A stretch of 63,995 nucleotides of DNA, filler included, from Stramenopiles sp. TOSAG23-3 (lineage: Eukaryota): assembly GCA_900128585.1 (NCBI GenBank). It is 5 parts of 5 records of this genome, joined end to end, with 100 filler letters (N's around TTAATTAATTAA, not from the genome) between each part and the next. Parts side by side here need not be neighbours in the genome. Positions count along the whole stretch, not along the records: positions 1 to 12,924 come from LT642656.1; positions 13,025 to 25,935 come from LT642657.1; 3 more parts are not named here. One strand, written 5' to 3'. Shown one piece after another: positions 10,860-22,482 of the stretch. How positions within the stretch are numbered: the stretch's first letter is position 1; the number at the start of each line of letters is the position of its first letter. The notes under the pieces are model-generated. The model saw only the letters and a program-made list of their open reading frames with translations, did no database searches and was not told the DNA's origin. The position numbers and the translations under genes are program-made.

Positions 10860-11750
10860 TCAACGTCGATTGTGGGTTTTGGCTGGAACGTTCTTAAACT
10901 TCGACAACTTGAACGGGACCTTGCCGGAAGGCTTTCTTCGCGAGTGTTTGTACATCAAATCTGCAGACTTTGTGGATTTTGGTTTTGGCAATTTTCCAGC
11001 TGAAGTTTGCCCTGACAAGTCGGCGTAAGTTTTATCTTCTACCACGCCTAGGCCAACCATGAGTGCCCCAACGGACTCAGAGGGCAAAGATACCCTTCCG
11101 AAGCACTGGCCTTCCGCCCAGGGTTTCTTGGTTTCCGGTTCTTCTTTGTCTTTTTTACTAGTTGGAAGGCCTAAACTTTCATCGGCCTGTGTTGCCAAGA
11201 ACGCCTCGCGCGTCTTCTTCATTTTTGCCGCCTTCTTTGCCCGGTAGTTGTCACGCCACTCGTTCGCTTGTTTAGTATTGATGCAACCGGCCATATTGGC
11301 GCGGCGATTTTCGTAGATTATATTTTTGCCTTCTTCAACCTTCTTTTTCGCCTTTTCACGCACCGGCATACTGAAGATGATCTTACCCGCCGGCTCGACC
11401 CCACTAGCACCAGGCACACCGTACGTAAAGTCGCGGCCGGGCAGGTCGTAACTTGTATTGCGGCTTTTCCCGACAATGTACCTGATCAGCAAACGGTTTA
11501 GCTTTGCACCGTTTCCTTCGGATGTGCGAGCAACGCACCAAGCTACAAAATCATCTCTAAACACATCGCCGTTTTTGTCAAGGGTCATGAGCGCTTGGCA
11601 CTGAAATTTTGGATCGTTGCTAAAGCCTGATGCTATCATAGCGTCTGCCAACATGTCTTTGCTAATTTTGTCAGCACCGCCACCAATGTTGTTAAAGGCT
11701 TCGGAAGCGCGCGCACGCACTTTTGCGTCTGCAGCTAAGTTACTTGGCAT
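10860..11750 (-). CDS. CFAP77: CFAP77-like axonemal protein with N-terminal EF-hand-like region
   Basis: GKSRNTSYDLPGRDFTYGVP and C-terminal FKLSKFKNV resemble the CFAP77/DUF4483 family; LDKNGDVFRDDFVAW is EF-hand-like. Confidence 0.65.
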   Translation of the reverse strand: MPSNLAADAKVRARASEAFNNIGGGADKISKDMLADAMIASGFSNDPKFQCQALMTLDKNGDVFRDDFVAWCVARTSEGNGAKLNRLLIRYIVGKSRNTSYDLPGRDFTYGVPGASGVEPAGKIIFSMPVREKAKKKVEEGKNIIYENRRANMAGCINTKQANEWRDNYRAKKAAKMKKTREAFLATQADESLGLPTSKKDKEEPETKKPWAEGQCFGRVSLPSESVGALMVGLGVVEDKTYADLSGQTSAGKLPKPKSTKSADLMYKHSRRKPSGKVPFKLSKFKNVPAKTHNRR

Positions 11751-12728
11751 GTTGGTCTAGGTGTTGTATATTGCGTTAGAAATGTATAGTCAATACTTTT
11801 AAAGAGTTTAAACAACAATTTGTCTGGGACTGTTGATACAAAGGGGAGGCTTGTGTGGTAACTTCTGCACGTAATTCTCGCGAAAGGAAAGAAACGAGCC
11901 TTTACTCGCAATCCAAAGCAACCTAAACAATAGTTCAGCTCGTTCAGACGGAAGGAGTGGGGTGGGGTCATCCCTACTATAATAATAGAGTACATTTAAT
12001 AATATTATAGTAGGAGTACAGTAGCGGTACAAAGTACGAAAAGAAAGAAACGGAACTTTGATAAACTAACGTCACGTAAATTGAACGACACAGGTGTGTA
12101 GCAGGAAAGTTTTACTAATTTTCTTACTTATTGGTTATTAGCCAACCGTATAAAATGATACCTGTAATTCTTTGAAAAGTAAGGTATGTGTCCGTAGACC
12201 ATTTACATATTTATCACTTCGTGATAGATATTTATACTCTATATATATAGTTCAAAAGAATTTTTTCGAAACGACAAGTTTTAATTCCCGTAGGAATATT
12301 TGCCCTTAATTTGCAAAGCAAGGGATTGAATTGCTCTTCCTTCAACCCGTGACACAGCATAAGGCTAGCAGTTACAAGCGTTTCTTCGTTCTTTCTTCGC
12401 CCTTCCTTCGTCGTCTTCGAAGTTTATTATTAAAACGCTGCGATCCTATTGTTATTAAATAGGCACAGCAGAAGCATGATTGAAAAAAGACTGGAGAGAA
12501 GAAAGAGAAGACGCTGCTGCTGCCGATGATGATTTTTGTTTTAAAATGTGATTACACATTTAATAGTAGTACACTGGTGATGTTTTAAACATAGTAACAC
12601 AGCATTATGTATCTTTAATTATAATCAGTAGAGATCAGCTCGCTGTGCATTTTACTTGAATAACAGCCAATTTTTTCTTGTTTTTAATTAAAATCTCGAA
12701 GCAACGAATCTAAAAAAATACATCTAGC

Positions 12729-12923
12729 TCACTGCAGGAAGAGTTTGGCTTTCGACCCGAGCGCCCCCAAGCGTGGTTCTCTTCTGACCTTTACTTCCGG
12801 CAACCCCTGCCTTTTTCGCCTACGCCTTGATTTCAACACACGACTCGACGAGTTCGACAGTCTTCCACGGACCGGCGTCGTACTAGGCCTGCCCAACGGG
12901 TAATTTTTATGAAGGGAATCCCG
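12729..12923 (-). CDS. 3' end of a gene truncated by the contig edge (basic C-terminus)
   Basis: GC-rich open frame RDSLHKNYPLGRP...KAKLFLQ* from the contig end to TGA, followed by AT-rich spacer. Confidence 0.45.
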   Translation of the reverse strand, partial: RDSLHKNYPLGRPSTTPVRGRLSNSSSRVLKSRRRRKRQGLPEVKVRREPRLGALGSKAKLFLQ

Positions 12924-12924
12924 G

Positions 12925-13024
12925 NNNNNNNNNNNNNNNNNNNNNNNNNNNNNNNNNNNNNNNNNNNNTTAATTAATTAANNNNNNNNNNNNNNNNNNNN
13001 NNNNNNNNNNNNNNNNNNNNNNNN
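12925..13024. other. Artificial contig spacer N44-TTAATTAATTAA-N44
   Basis: Identical 100-nt linker with all-frame stops occurs four times. Confidence 0.98.
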
Positions 13025-13103
13025 ATGATGAACGATAGATGACTAGAGAAGGATGATAAGTATATTTTATACTAGTCTAATTAATTTGACCACAGTACAG
13101 TAA
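13025..13103 (+). repeat. Left copy of 79-bp terminal inverted repeat of contig 2
   Basis: Exact reverse complement of 25857-25935. Confidence 0.95.
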
Positions 13104-13823
13104 AGAACAACGAAGAAAGCAAAGAAAAGAACACGAAGAAAGAACAAAAAAAATTGGGGCAAAAAATGTGTTACCTATATAATTACTATATACTATATAT
13201 AGTTATAATTATAGAATTATACGAACGGTTACGGGCGAAAATCAAGCGCCTCAATTATAAATATACAACAACACAGCAGGAAGGAAGGAATCATGAAAGA
13301 AAGTATTTGGTAAAAAATGCAACGGCCGTCTCTGAAAGAAGAAAGAAAGAAGAAGAAATAACTTTTTTTTTATTTTATTTATAATAAATAATACATTGAA
13401 TACAATGTAGATAATTATTATTTATTTTTGTTGTTGTTGTTGTTGTTGATTTTTTTTTGTAGTAAAAAAAGTACAAAGAAGAAGAAAAGAAGTAAACTGT
13501 AATGGTAACTTTAATAATTGCCATTATCAATGAATTACTTTAGTTCGTTGATGTAGCGAAATACATTTAATTGATTCCATTAACAGACGCGAACAACCAA
13601 TTTTGATATAGTCTCCACTGATTTGGTCTGTGAAACACTTTTTATCATTGGGAACAAGTTGTTCACAGGCTTTGTGCACAGCTATAGGAACGACTGTTAC
13701 TACAGGATGTTTAACTTTGGAATCACAGGTTCAGTGGTGAACTTGCAGAAGAAAAAGAATGTCGTCAAACCAACTTTAAATTACCGTCAAATTTCAAAAA
13801 ACAGGATCGAGAAGAGAAAGTTA

Positions 13824-15836
13824 ATGGCAAAGAACCGTATACAGCCCCTCACTCACGCGGGAGGGCTTATGCCGGCCATATCAAACCCGTTTTCGCAGCG
13901 GTCAAAGCGGGTAGCCTCAAGTCCGGCACCAACTTTTCCCACGTCAACCAATAGTATATGTCCCTCAGCTCCCGTTCCACCAGTGTCCCAGCTCAGAAAG
14001 CCGTTTGGGCTGCGCCCGATAGATACGAACAAAAAATCGCACACGTTATACACTCCCCTGTCTTCAAAAGGTCCAAGGAATCAAAACCGGGCCTTAGAAC
14101 AAGAGGACGCGATGCCCAGGCCAGAGGTAAAGTCTTTGGACACCGGTCCAGAGTTCGAGGGGCGGGTCGGGGGGGCGAGTCGAGTCACAGCCTTGAAGTC
14201 CAGGCCCATAAAACACTCTGTGACAATGTCAAAGCCTCGAGAGGTAGTGGATTCGCCGGCAAGGCGCGTCGCAAAAGAAACGGCTGCGGCTGCACGCTTG
14301 GCCGCTCGTGCCAACGCGAAGCGTAAGGCAAAGCTGCAGCCCGCCCCAGCAGAGTCTCCCGATAAGCCGAAGCCCCTGAAAAGGCTGTACTACTGCATCG
14401 GGAAAGGGAACAACTCGATTGTCCTCCGAAAGACATTTCGCTCCAGAAAAGGATGGTCACCGGTAGATCCCACCGAGGCAAAGATGAATTTTATTTGGAC
14501 CATGTACAAAAACAAAAAGATGTTTGAAATTCAGAAAAAACACCAAGGATCGGACCAAATTTTCATAGTGAACCATTTTCCAGGAAACAATGCCTTGGTG
14601 ACGAAAAAAGGCCTGTTTCATTCCCTCTGCTCGCTGCACCACACGCGTGGGACGGATGTGTCGACGTCCATTCCAATGACGTTCCACTTGAAAAGCGGGG
14701 TAGAAAACGAAGAGCATGACCGTTTCCTTGAATGCGCGAGCAAATTGGACGCGAAATTCGACACGCGCGCACCCAACGCTGCCAGCAGCAGCAAGGGTGG
14801 CGCAGGCAAAGAGGCGGGAGCGAAAAGCGAAAAGGGGCCAGTGAAGAAAAAGTTGAGGGGAAAAAATGGCAAGGCGGTGAAGACTGGGAAATCGCGCTCT
14901 GGAGCCTATTGGATTGTCAAGCCCGCGAGCTGCACCAATCGTGGGGTTGGAATACGAGTGGTGCCCTCAGCAAAGGAAGTCTTCAAAATAATAAACAAAT
15001 CGTGCGTGCCGTCGGAAAGCGGGGCAGCAAAAACCGACGGGAAGGAGAAGAAGAAGAGTGGTTTCAAAGCCAGCAAAACGAAGGATTGGATCGTTCAGAA
15101 GTACATCGAGAATCCACTTCTTTACCAAGGCCGTAAGTTTGACATCAGGTGCTTCGTTATGTTAACCGGAGGTGATTACTCTGCCGAAGGCCCTCCGACC
15201 CAGCACCTGAAATGCTACTTGTATTCCACGGGGTACCTTCGGACGTCTTCGACCGAATGGAGCCTGGACGAGAAAAAGTTGAAAGACCCATTGATGCATT
15301 TGACGAACGACGGAATACAGAGCAAAAACCCCGACCAGTATGGAAAGCACGAAAAGGGGAACAAAGTGTCATACGAAAAATTTCAAGACTACTTGACCTC
15401 TATCAACTCTTCCTACGCTGGGGCAATGGAATCGAAAATACTTCCCCAAATAAAGCAGCTTGTCATCGACAGCATGGAAGCAGTAAAAAATGACATAGCG
15501 GGCGACACAGCCTCCTGCTTCGAGCTGTATGGGTACGATTTCATGGTTGACGATGACTTGAATGTGTGCATCATTGAGGTGAACTCGAACCCGTGCTTGG
15601 AGGATTGGTGCTCTCCTCTTTTAGGCAGCATGATATCTAGCATGTTGGATCGAATGATGCATCACGCGATCGATGTCCCTTTAAACCGATTGCCGGAGGA
15701 AACGAAGGAAGAGGCGCCGGTGGAAAAAACAAAGTTTAGTCGCGGTTTTGGCGAAGGAAGCTCCAGCCCTGCACCCCCCAAGAGAAGCTACAAAAGGAAC
15801 GATTTCGAGTGCATTTGGGACGGTAAAGAACATTGA
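13824..15836 (+). CDS. Tubulin-tyrosine-ligase-like (TTLL) tubulin-modifying ligase
   Basis: WIVKPA..NRGVGI, WIVQKYIENPLL, RKFDIR, MHLTND, FELYGYDFMVD, IEVNSNP; start uncertain (frame open from 13623). Confidence 0.92.
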   Translation: MAKNRIQPLTHAGGLMPAISNPFSQRSKRVASSPAPTFPTSTNSICPSAPVPPVSQLRKPFGLRPIDTNKKSHTLYTPLSSKGPRNQNRALEQEDAMPRPEVKSLDTGPEFEGRVGGASRVTALKSRPIKHSVTMSKPREVVDSPARRVAKETAAAARLAARANAKRKAKLQPAPAESPDKPKPLKRLYYCIGKGNNSIVLRKTFRSRKGWSPVDPTEAKMNFIWTMYKNKKMFEIQKKHQGSDQIFIVNHFPGNNALVTKKGLFHSLCSLHHTRGTDVSTSIPMTFHLKSGVENEEHDRFLECASKLDAKFDTRAPNAASSSKGGAGKEAGAKSEKGPVKKKLRGKNGKAVKTGKSRSGAYWIVKPASCTNRGVGIRVVPSAKEVFKIINKSCVPSESGAAKTDGKEKKKSGFKASKTKDWIVQKYIENPLLYQGRKFDIRCFVMLTGGDYSAEGPPTQHLKCYLYSTGYLRTSSTEWSLDEKKLKDPLMHLTNDGIQSKNPDQYGKHEKGNKVSYEKFQDYLTSINSSYAGAMESKILPQIKQLVIDSMEAVKNDIAGDTASCFELYGYDFMVDDDLNVCIIEVNSNPCLEDWCSPLLGSMISSMLDRMMHHAIDVPLNRLPEETKEEAPVEKTKFSRGFGEGSSSPAPPKRSYKRNDFECIWDGKEH

Positions 15837-16241
15837 AATTAAAAAAACAATAAAGTATTATGAATATCATATGTAAAATAAAAAAACTATATATCATATG
15901 TAAAATAACAGTCAGTTTTATTTTTGATTTTTGAACTGACACCTTCTTTTTTCTTTAATTTTAATTACTTAAATAACATCCAATTTTTTTGTTTTTTAAT
16001 TACTATAAAATAATAGCCAATTGTTCTGGTTTTATAATAAATGTAAAATTTGAAGGTTCGCCCAGTTCGTTTTAATTGTTTTAAGGCACTTCATAGAAAC
16101 ACCGGTAAATTTACGGTATGATATGATATGATAAAAAAAAAAATACTAATCCTAAAATGTATATTATATATGATATCTTGTTTCTCATTTTTTCCCTGCT
16201 AGTAGCACTAAACCGTGTTGACCTTCGTCTCGTTCTGCTTT

Positions 16242-17492
16242 TTACCCAAACATGTTTTGAGAAACTTTTTCTCCCAGCGGCAGTTCTTTTTTAACATCCT
16301 CAATAGAGACACTATGCAAAAACAACATAACGGCAATTTGATTTGGGCGAGCTTTGAAAATAACACAACCGTCTTCCAGCATTTCTTTCGTGTTTAGGTA
16401 TGGCAAATGGAGTGTTTGTGTACAGTCCGGAATATCCAAGCTTCCGTCCGACATGGAAGACCAATTCGTAATCATCGACGACCAATTGCCTTTGATGCAG
16501 CAGCTTGGTAGCGTCACACGAGAATGCGGTGCTTGACCATTGAGGCAATGCCTAATGGAATTAGGGCTGGACAGGGCGTCTGCACCGAACATGAGCCCAG
16601 TCCAATAATTTCCAGCCAGATCCTTGCTGCAGTTTTCCTCTTTCCCTCTGATATTGACCGGCATGGTTAACATTTGCGCTTTCGTTGCACGGCCAAAACC
16701 AGATGTTATGATATCATTTGTACTGACGTACGGTGCAGCCCCCGTTTCCGATTTGGCACTTTCCTTTAATACTTTGAGTTTTTCTGCATCAATTAAATAG
16801 CATTCAGGGTTCACTTTTTTTCGCATCATTATCCCAATATAATAACACATCATGCAGACCCCTGGATTCATCATAAATTTGAATTCTTTCTCCCCAGTAA
16901 TTTTAGACCCCACACCTTCCATACTAAATTCTTCCTTTCGCACAACTTGCATTTCTTTGACCGTGGCTGTGGAGGAAAGCATGTTCAAAATCGCGTAGTG
17001 CGTGTGGCCATCGCCGACTGTGTGGCTCATGGAAAATATAACAGCAAAGCCGCTCTTATCTTTTCGCGGTGCCACTGTTAGTTTGCAAACAGGCTTTCCA
17101 CTCTTTATCAGTCCCGCGCCAGTGGGAAGGCACACCGTTTTCGCAGCGATCATTTTTTCTTGCAGTTCTCCGTACGGCATGTTTTCATTGATATCCAGGT
17201 CATTGTTTACTTCGAATATGTCATCAATCGGCGGATCACTGATGGAATATCTTATGGCCAATAGTTTCCCATGCTTCTTCTTGTCTTTTACTATTGTGCT
17301 GCCGATCCATGGGTTGGCCTTCGCAACCTCTAATAGACGCGTCTTTAAATACGTTGCTGCAGCATTTGGGTCACCCGTGTAAAATTGCATGGTTGTGATT
17401 GGCCACACATGCAGGACACCCATCCAATTCGACTCAAATTTCAGCAACGGGGTGTCCACTACACCCAACGGTGTGACAGCTTCTTTCGACAT
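16242..17492 (-). CDS. HXXXD-type CoA-dependent acyltransferase-like protein
   Basis: FSMSHTVGDG motif; VSTNDII and ITNWSS segments; ATG at 17492. Confidence 0.65.
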   Translation of the reverse strand: MSKEAVTPLGVVDTPLLKFESNWMGVLHVWPITTMQFYTGDPNAAATYLKTRLLEVAKANPWIGSTIVKDKKKHGKLLAIRYSISDPPIDDIFEVNNDLDINENMPYGELQEKMIAAKTVCLPTGAGLIKSGKPVCKLTVAPRKDKSGFAVIFSMSHTVGDGHTHYAILNMLSSTATVKEMQVVRKEEFSMEGVGSKITGEKEFKFMMNPGVCMMCYYIGIMMRKKVNPECYLIDAEKLKVLKESAKSETGAAPYVSTNDIITSGFGRATKAQMLTMPVNIRGKEENCSKDLAGNYWTGLMFGADALSSPNSIRHCLNGQAPHSRVTLPSCCIKGNWSSMITNWSSMSDGSLDIPDCTQTLHLPYLNTKEMLEDGCVIFKARPNQIAVMLFLHSVSIEDVKKELPLGEKVSQNMFG

Positions 17493-18712
17493 AGCCGGCC
17501 TATGACGCAACGAACGGGGCCTTGGCTTGGCGAGTGGATTTCGCGTTGAAGTTAAAGTGTTATGCAAGCAATCGGTAAGAACTTAAAGTCTGCAACCTTT
17601 AATAACCCTAATGTCGTTTACCATGATCAATTGTATGTATATTGATCATGAATTGGATTTATTGTGTATGTATATAGACTTGACGACAAAGCAGATGAAA
17701 AAACTTCTTTCGTCATGAAAAACGACCAACTCCTTCCTCTCGATGATGATGGTGTGTGATGTATTACTTTTGTCAATATTTTTATTATTATATATTATTA
17801 TTCGATTATTTTTGGGGGGTAAATTATACCGGTTCGCCTTGCTATCTCCTTCGTAAAATAGTTATTTTTTTTAATATTCATCATGAAAGGAAGAAAAAGA
17901 AAAAAAAAAGCCGACTTTTTCCGGATTTATTTATACTTGTTTATGTGTATTATTATATAAATTTACCTATTTAATATATGTTATTATCATATATCTATAT
18001 TACAACTCTTTATATTTATCTATGTGTTATATGATATTCTAATTACTACTTCTATTATAAACCTAAAAATAATATTAATATAGAAATAGAATAGAATAGC
18101 CACCCATCATCATCCCATCGTCATCATCCTTTATTTACGCACATATAGAGTACGTAGAGAGTAGAGAGTAGAGAGGATTTGCCTCGACCAGACCACCTAC
18201 CGTACCGGTATTAATGTGATAATAATACCTCCTCTCCTCTCCCCTCCTTCCTTTTTTAGATTTTAAATTATTAGTAGTATTCATATACTCTCCAGCGCAT
18301 GATGCATCGCATGGATCGCATGATGCATCGTACATCATCTCACCGTCCGTCGTCCGTCGTCCGTCGTCCGTCCTTCCTCCTCCCCGGTATATTAATAATA
18401 AAATATAGGTGGTGGATGGTGGTGTGTCAAAAAAATAATAATAAAATTATTATTATTTAAAAAAAAAAAATTAATAAAAATGGAATGTTCATCAGTATTG
18501 TCATTACATTACTGATATACAGTTAGTAACGAAGTTACAAAGCAAGTAATAGTCGAAGACGCGCAAATGATCAGAGAGACGAACGGTTTTATTTATGCGA
18601 AGACGTTTGTGTAGACTTAAAAATCACGTAAGCAACTGCAACGAATTGTGAAAAGTGGCGCGTTTGTGTTGTGTTGGTCAAGGCCGCCGCGGGCGGGTCT
18701 TGGAAGAGTTCT

Positions 18713-19561
18713 ATGGACGTTCTGAACCACATACGATTTCATAAGATGAGAGAGCCCAGCATAGTTTTTCAGCACGGAAAAAAGCTGTTGGACAATCACG
18801 CGTCAAGTTTAGGGACGGAAAAGTGGGACGTGTATGAGCAAACTGCAATCGCTGCTTTGGACCTGGGCCACGTTGCGCTGGCACAGCAGTATGTGGACAA
18901 GCTCAAGCTGCGCTGGACAGACAGCACTAGGGTGGAGAAGTTGCAAGGCATGGTAGGTGAAGCTGCTGGAAATTACGATGCTGCAATTAAATTGTACCGA
19001 AACATGATGAAGAAGAACCCGGCGAACGCGCTTGCCCACAAAAGGATCGTCAGCGTGTACAGGGCCCAGGGCCGAACAAAGGATGCGATAAAGGAGTTGA
19101 CGGAGTACTTGAAGAATTTTTCTGCGGATATATCCGGGTGGCAGGAGCTCGCGTCGTTGGAGATGTCCGTTGGTAATGCCAGCGAAGCCTGCTTTGGTTA
19201 CGAAGAGCTAATCTTGGCGGATCCGATGAACTACTTGCTGCACTCAAAGTACGCAGAACTGCTGTACACCGTGGGGGGCATTGAGAAGCTCAAGGCTGCT
19301 AGACGCCATTTTGTACAGTCAATACACTTCAAGCCAAAGCATAACGTGCGCGCAATGCTAGGCGTGTGCATGAGTTCGCATGCAGTGGCAACGACCAAGA
19401 CGCGCCGAAGCGACGATGACGATGCCACCGTAAACGACAACATTTACGCCAAGGCTAGCGGCGACTTACTAAAAGCGTACGCGGATTTGGGTGCGCCGTC
19501 GGATATTTCAGCAGCGATGGAGCGAGTGCTTCAGCAGCAAAAGAAGGCAATGAAGGCGTGA
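18713..19561 (+). CDS. EMC2: ER membrane complex subunit 2 (TPR)
   Basis: WDVYEQTAIAALDLG, AIKELTEYLKNF, CFGYEELIL, YAELLYT match EMC2/TTC35; first in-frame ATG at 18713, a short upstream exon is possible. Confidence 0.9.
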   Translation: MDVLNHIRFHKMREPSIVFQHGKKLLDNHASSLGTEKWDVYEQTAIAALDLGHVALAQQYVDKLKLRWTDSTRVEKLQGMVGEAAGNYDAAIKLYRNMMKKNPANALAHKRIVSVYRAQGRTKDAIKELTEYLKNFSADISGWQELASLEMSVGNASEACFGYEELILADPMNYLLHSKYAELLYTVGGIEKLKAARRHFVQSIHFKPKHNVRAMLGVCMSSHAVATTKTRRSDDDDATVNDNIYAKASGDLLKAYADLGAPSDISAAMERVLQQQKKAMKA

Positions 19562-19869
19562 CGTGCCTGTGAGAGGGCCAATTACATTCATTTTCTGAAA
19601 TTGCGGTTTTAGGCGTCAGTCTGTTGTAGGTGCGCGGTGCCGCGTGTTTTATTAAAAACGTGTGTATAATCTAAGAAAACATATTTTATAGTATGTGCAT
19701 AATATGTACAAAGAAAATTTTAGATTTTTCGAAGAATCAATTGACTGATAATTAAGTGAGCGCATATGATACTTTATGACAAAACAAATATAAGAGTCGT
19801 GCGTTCGTATCATATGACTGGGAAGAGCGGTGCGCGCCTCTTGAAATATCACCACGTTCGCGATTTGAT

Positions 19870-22482
19870 TCATGAAATACAACCAAGCTTCACGTACCAC
19901 TTCTCCTTCTTACCCGCGCTTACACTCACTTGGACAATGTTCCATCCATTTCTGGCCGGACAGTCTTCGACGTCCCATATATTTGCGCTTACATTAGAGT
20001 CAATCCGCATCGCGTCAAGGCCGCTCACCATTCTGGTCGGCAACGCAATCCATAATTTCCCAGACCTGCACGCTATGCCCGTAACGTTCACGATGAACGA
20101 GTCGTGCTCGTCGCTCACGTGGCCTTCTATGCGGCCGTCAACCATCGCACTCAAATTGAACGAGTTTCCTACCAAGACGGGTTTGTTATCGAACATGGTC
20201 GCAAGGAGCGTACGGCTACCATGGCAGTCTATGGTCAATCGAAAATCTTTCTGAAGAAGCCTTTCGTTCCAAAAATCAAAAAGTAGAAACTGCGAAAACA
20301 ACTGCTGCGCCGAACCCTGGTGGTTGGTCATGCGACTAAGTTCATGCTCTAACTTCTCTTCCGCGTCAACGATGACGCTCCGGTCTTCCCAATTTATAAA
20401 TGCAAACAAAGAGCTATGCGTCGAGGGATCGCCCCCACCACAGACGTACATCTGCGGATACCGGTCGAAGAGCAAGTTCCTCGCCTGCCCACACGCCAGG
20501 TTGCTGGGTGGAAGGATCTTTTTCAACAATTTTATGTTCTCAAATTTCAAGTCTGTCATGTCCTCCGAGATCACCACTACGCCCCCGGACATGCCAATGA
20601 CAGTCAACTGGAGCAGCACTTCCGATGTAGTAAGCCCGTCATCAGAGCTGCGAGTGAGGGTGAAATGCAGCGCATTCTTTAAAGCTGGGGGGCCGTCCCC
20701 TGCCGCCATTATTTTGTGCAGAAATATCACGTCCCATGATGCGCTGGTGTCGCTGGAGACGCGCATGGCGCTAAAGTGGCCAATCGAAGGACCCATGGGT
20801 GCACCACAGCCAACCAAATACGACTTTGGCCCTATGGCCTTTCGAATCACCTCCAGCCCCTTTCGGTAAGCTTCCACCCTGCTGCTGTACCTATCGTACC
20901 GCTCCCCGCGCCTGATTCCTGCGACCAAGAAATCAATCTTGAAGTATGAAAACCCGTACGCCACGAGGGTCGAGAAAACGTGCGTCAGCCACGCCTGTAC
21001 TTGGGGGTTGGTCGTGTCCAAACAATAGCACAAAAAATCGCTTCCCCAGTCCGGGTTCAAATGCCCGATCAGGGGCGTTCCTGTGAGGCTGTCCCGAACG
21101 AACCATTCTGGGCGCGACCGAAACAGCACGCTTCCCCGACCGGCGACAAATGGCGCCAGCCATATACCGGCCTCCATCCCATGCTTTCTAATTTCACGGG
21201 CAACCCCAGGCAGCCCATCCGGAAACTTTCGGTTCGTCGTCAGCCAGTCTCCTATTTGACTCTGGTACCCGTCGTCTAACTGAACTACTTTGCACTTTAA
21301 ATCGGGTGTTGCTACAAGCGCTTCAACGTTCTTTTTTACAATGTCTTGGGAGATCTTATCGTAGTACTTGTACCAGGAGCACCAGCCAATGGGGCTTTCT
21401 ATTTCTCGCAGGGTTCGATGGTAGTTTTCGGGAGCGCACTCGCTCGCCCAAGTCTCCATCAACGCGTCTATGTTCCCTCGCATGATCAGAAGGGACTCCA
21501 ACTTTAGCCGGACCCGGCCGTGCTCGCCTATCTCCGTCGAGAACAGCGTCTTTCCGTAATCCAACGAGCACTGCAGATGTTTGGACGCGCGGTGGAAAAA
21601 AAACTCCCCAGTCGCTTTGTTTTGCTTAGTAAACCCCAAAAGCACAGAGTCCGAGTCCCCCTTGTTCTGGAACGCGGTCATATGCTGCGACGTTAGGCCA
21701 TCGTCGCGCCCCCAGTACTCCGAGTCGACGTTGTGCATCATTCCCGCAACGGGGCGACTTACGAACGGGAGGCCCATCAGGGTGTAGCTCATCCTGCTGT
21801 CGCACCCCACGGAGCCCGTCGGAGACCAGCTCTGGAACCCGTTTATGAACATTTTGGATTGGGACAGGCGCTCTAATAATACATTTTCTAAGCTGACTTC
21901 AAACTGTACGGATATTAAACGGACCGGGCGGTCCGTGACCGTCTCCAGTGTTGGGTACAGGTGGAGGCCATTGCTGGTGCTCGAACAAAACAGTTGGGCG
22001 TGCTCTACAGTAATCTTGACGATGTCGTCACTGAACTCGCACCCCTTGTTGCCCTTCAAGCACAAAATGTGTTTCGAGGTGGACAGTCGGCACTGAAACT
22101 TTGGCCTTACGTTGTACCAGGTTTTTGTCGGAAGTTCGTATGTACAAACGACATCCATGCTCAAGTCACTGTTGGCCGCGATCCCATGGAGGAGCATGGT
22201 CTTACTGTCGGGGTCGAACGTCAGGCCCGCACCTCGCATGTTGCGGCCCCGTTTCTTTCGAGCAGGGGGTCCGACGCACCGCTTGTACAAGGAGTTCCAA
22301 AGCCACTGCAAAAAATCCAACGGGTAGAACCATTTGTACAGGAATACGGTTAAAAACGCGTTTACACACAACAGGATGTATGAACGGGTCTGCACGAGGT
22401 AAATCAAAAGATCGAATGGTGCAACCACAATGAATTTCATCCAAACAAGAACCTCCTCCAGCACCCCGACGGCGTACGACAT
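19870..22482 (-). CDS. GH36 alpha-galactosidase with N-terminal membrane anchor
   Basis: GWCSWY, QLDDGYQ, GIWLAPF, YFKIDFL (nucleophile), MRVSSDT (acid/base); hydrophobic N-terminus. Confidence 0.9.
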   Translation of the reverse strand: MSYAVGVLEEVLVWMKFIVVAPFDLLIYLVQTRSYILLCVNAFLTVFLYKWFYPLDFLQWLWNSLYKRCVGPPARKKRGRNMRGAGLTFDPDSKTMLLHGIAANSDLSMDVVCTYELPTKTWYNVRPKFQCRLSTSKHILCLKGNKGCEFSDDIVKITVEHAQLFCSSTSNGLHLYPTLETVTDRPVRLISVQFEVSLENVLLERLSQSKMFINGFQSWSPTGSVGCDSRMSYTLMGLPFVSRPVAGMMHNVDSEYWGRDDGLTSQHMTAFQNKGDSDSVLLGFTKQNKATGEFFFHRASKHLQCSLDYGKTLFSTEIGEHGRVRLKLESLLIMRGNIDALMETWASECAPENYHRTLREIESPIGWCSWYKYYDKISQDIVKKNVEALVATPDLKCKVVQLDDGYQSQIGDWLTTNRKFPDGLPGVAREIRKHGMEAGIWLAPFVAGRGSVLFRSRPEWFVRDSLTGTPLIGHLNPDWGSDFLCYCLDTTNPQVQAWLTHVFSTLVAYGFSYFKIDFLVAGIRRGERYDRYSSRVEAYRKGLEVIRKAIGPKSYLVGCGAPMGPSIGHFSAMRVSSDTSASWDVIFLHKIMAAGDGPPALKNALHFTLTRSSDDGLTTSEVLLQLTVIGMSGGVVVISEDMTDLKFENIKLLKKILPPSNLACGQARNLLFDRYPQMYVCGGGDPSTHSSLFAFINWEDRSVIVDAEEKLEHELSRMTNHQGSAQQLFSQFLLFDFWNERLLQKDFRLTIDCHGSRTLLATMFDNKPVLVGNSFNLSAMVDGRIEGHVSDEHDSFIVNVTGIACRSGKLWIALPTRMVSGLDAMRIDSNVSANIWDVEDCPARNGWNIVQVSVSAGKKEKWYVKLGCIS

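Noticed and set aside
12969-12980. TTAATTAATTAA palindrome recurring about every 13 kb
   Set aside because: All-frame-stop linker embedded in Ns; it also creates the false ORF ends at 38988 and 51990.
18295-18373. Short repeats GCATGATGCATCG x2 and (CCGTCGT)n; also TACCGG repeats near 28197
   Set aside because: Simple-sequence slippage typical of these spacers; no evidence of function.
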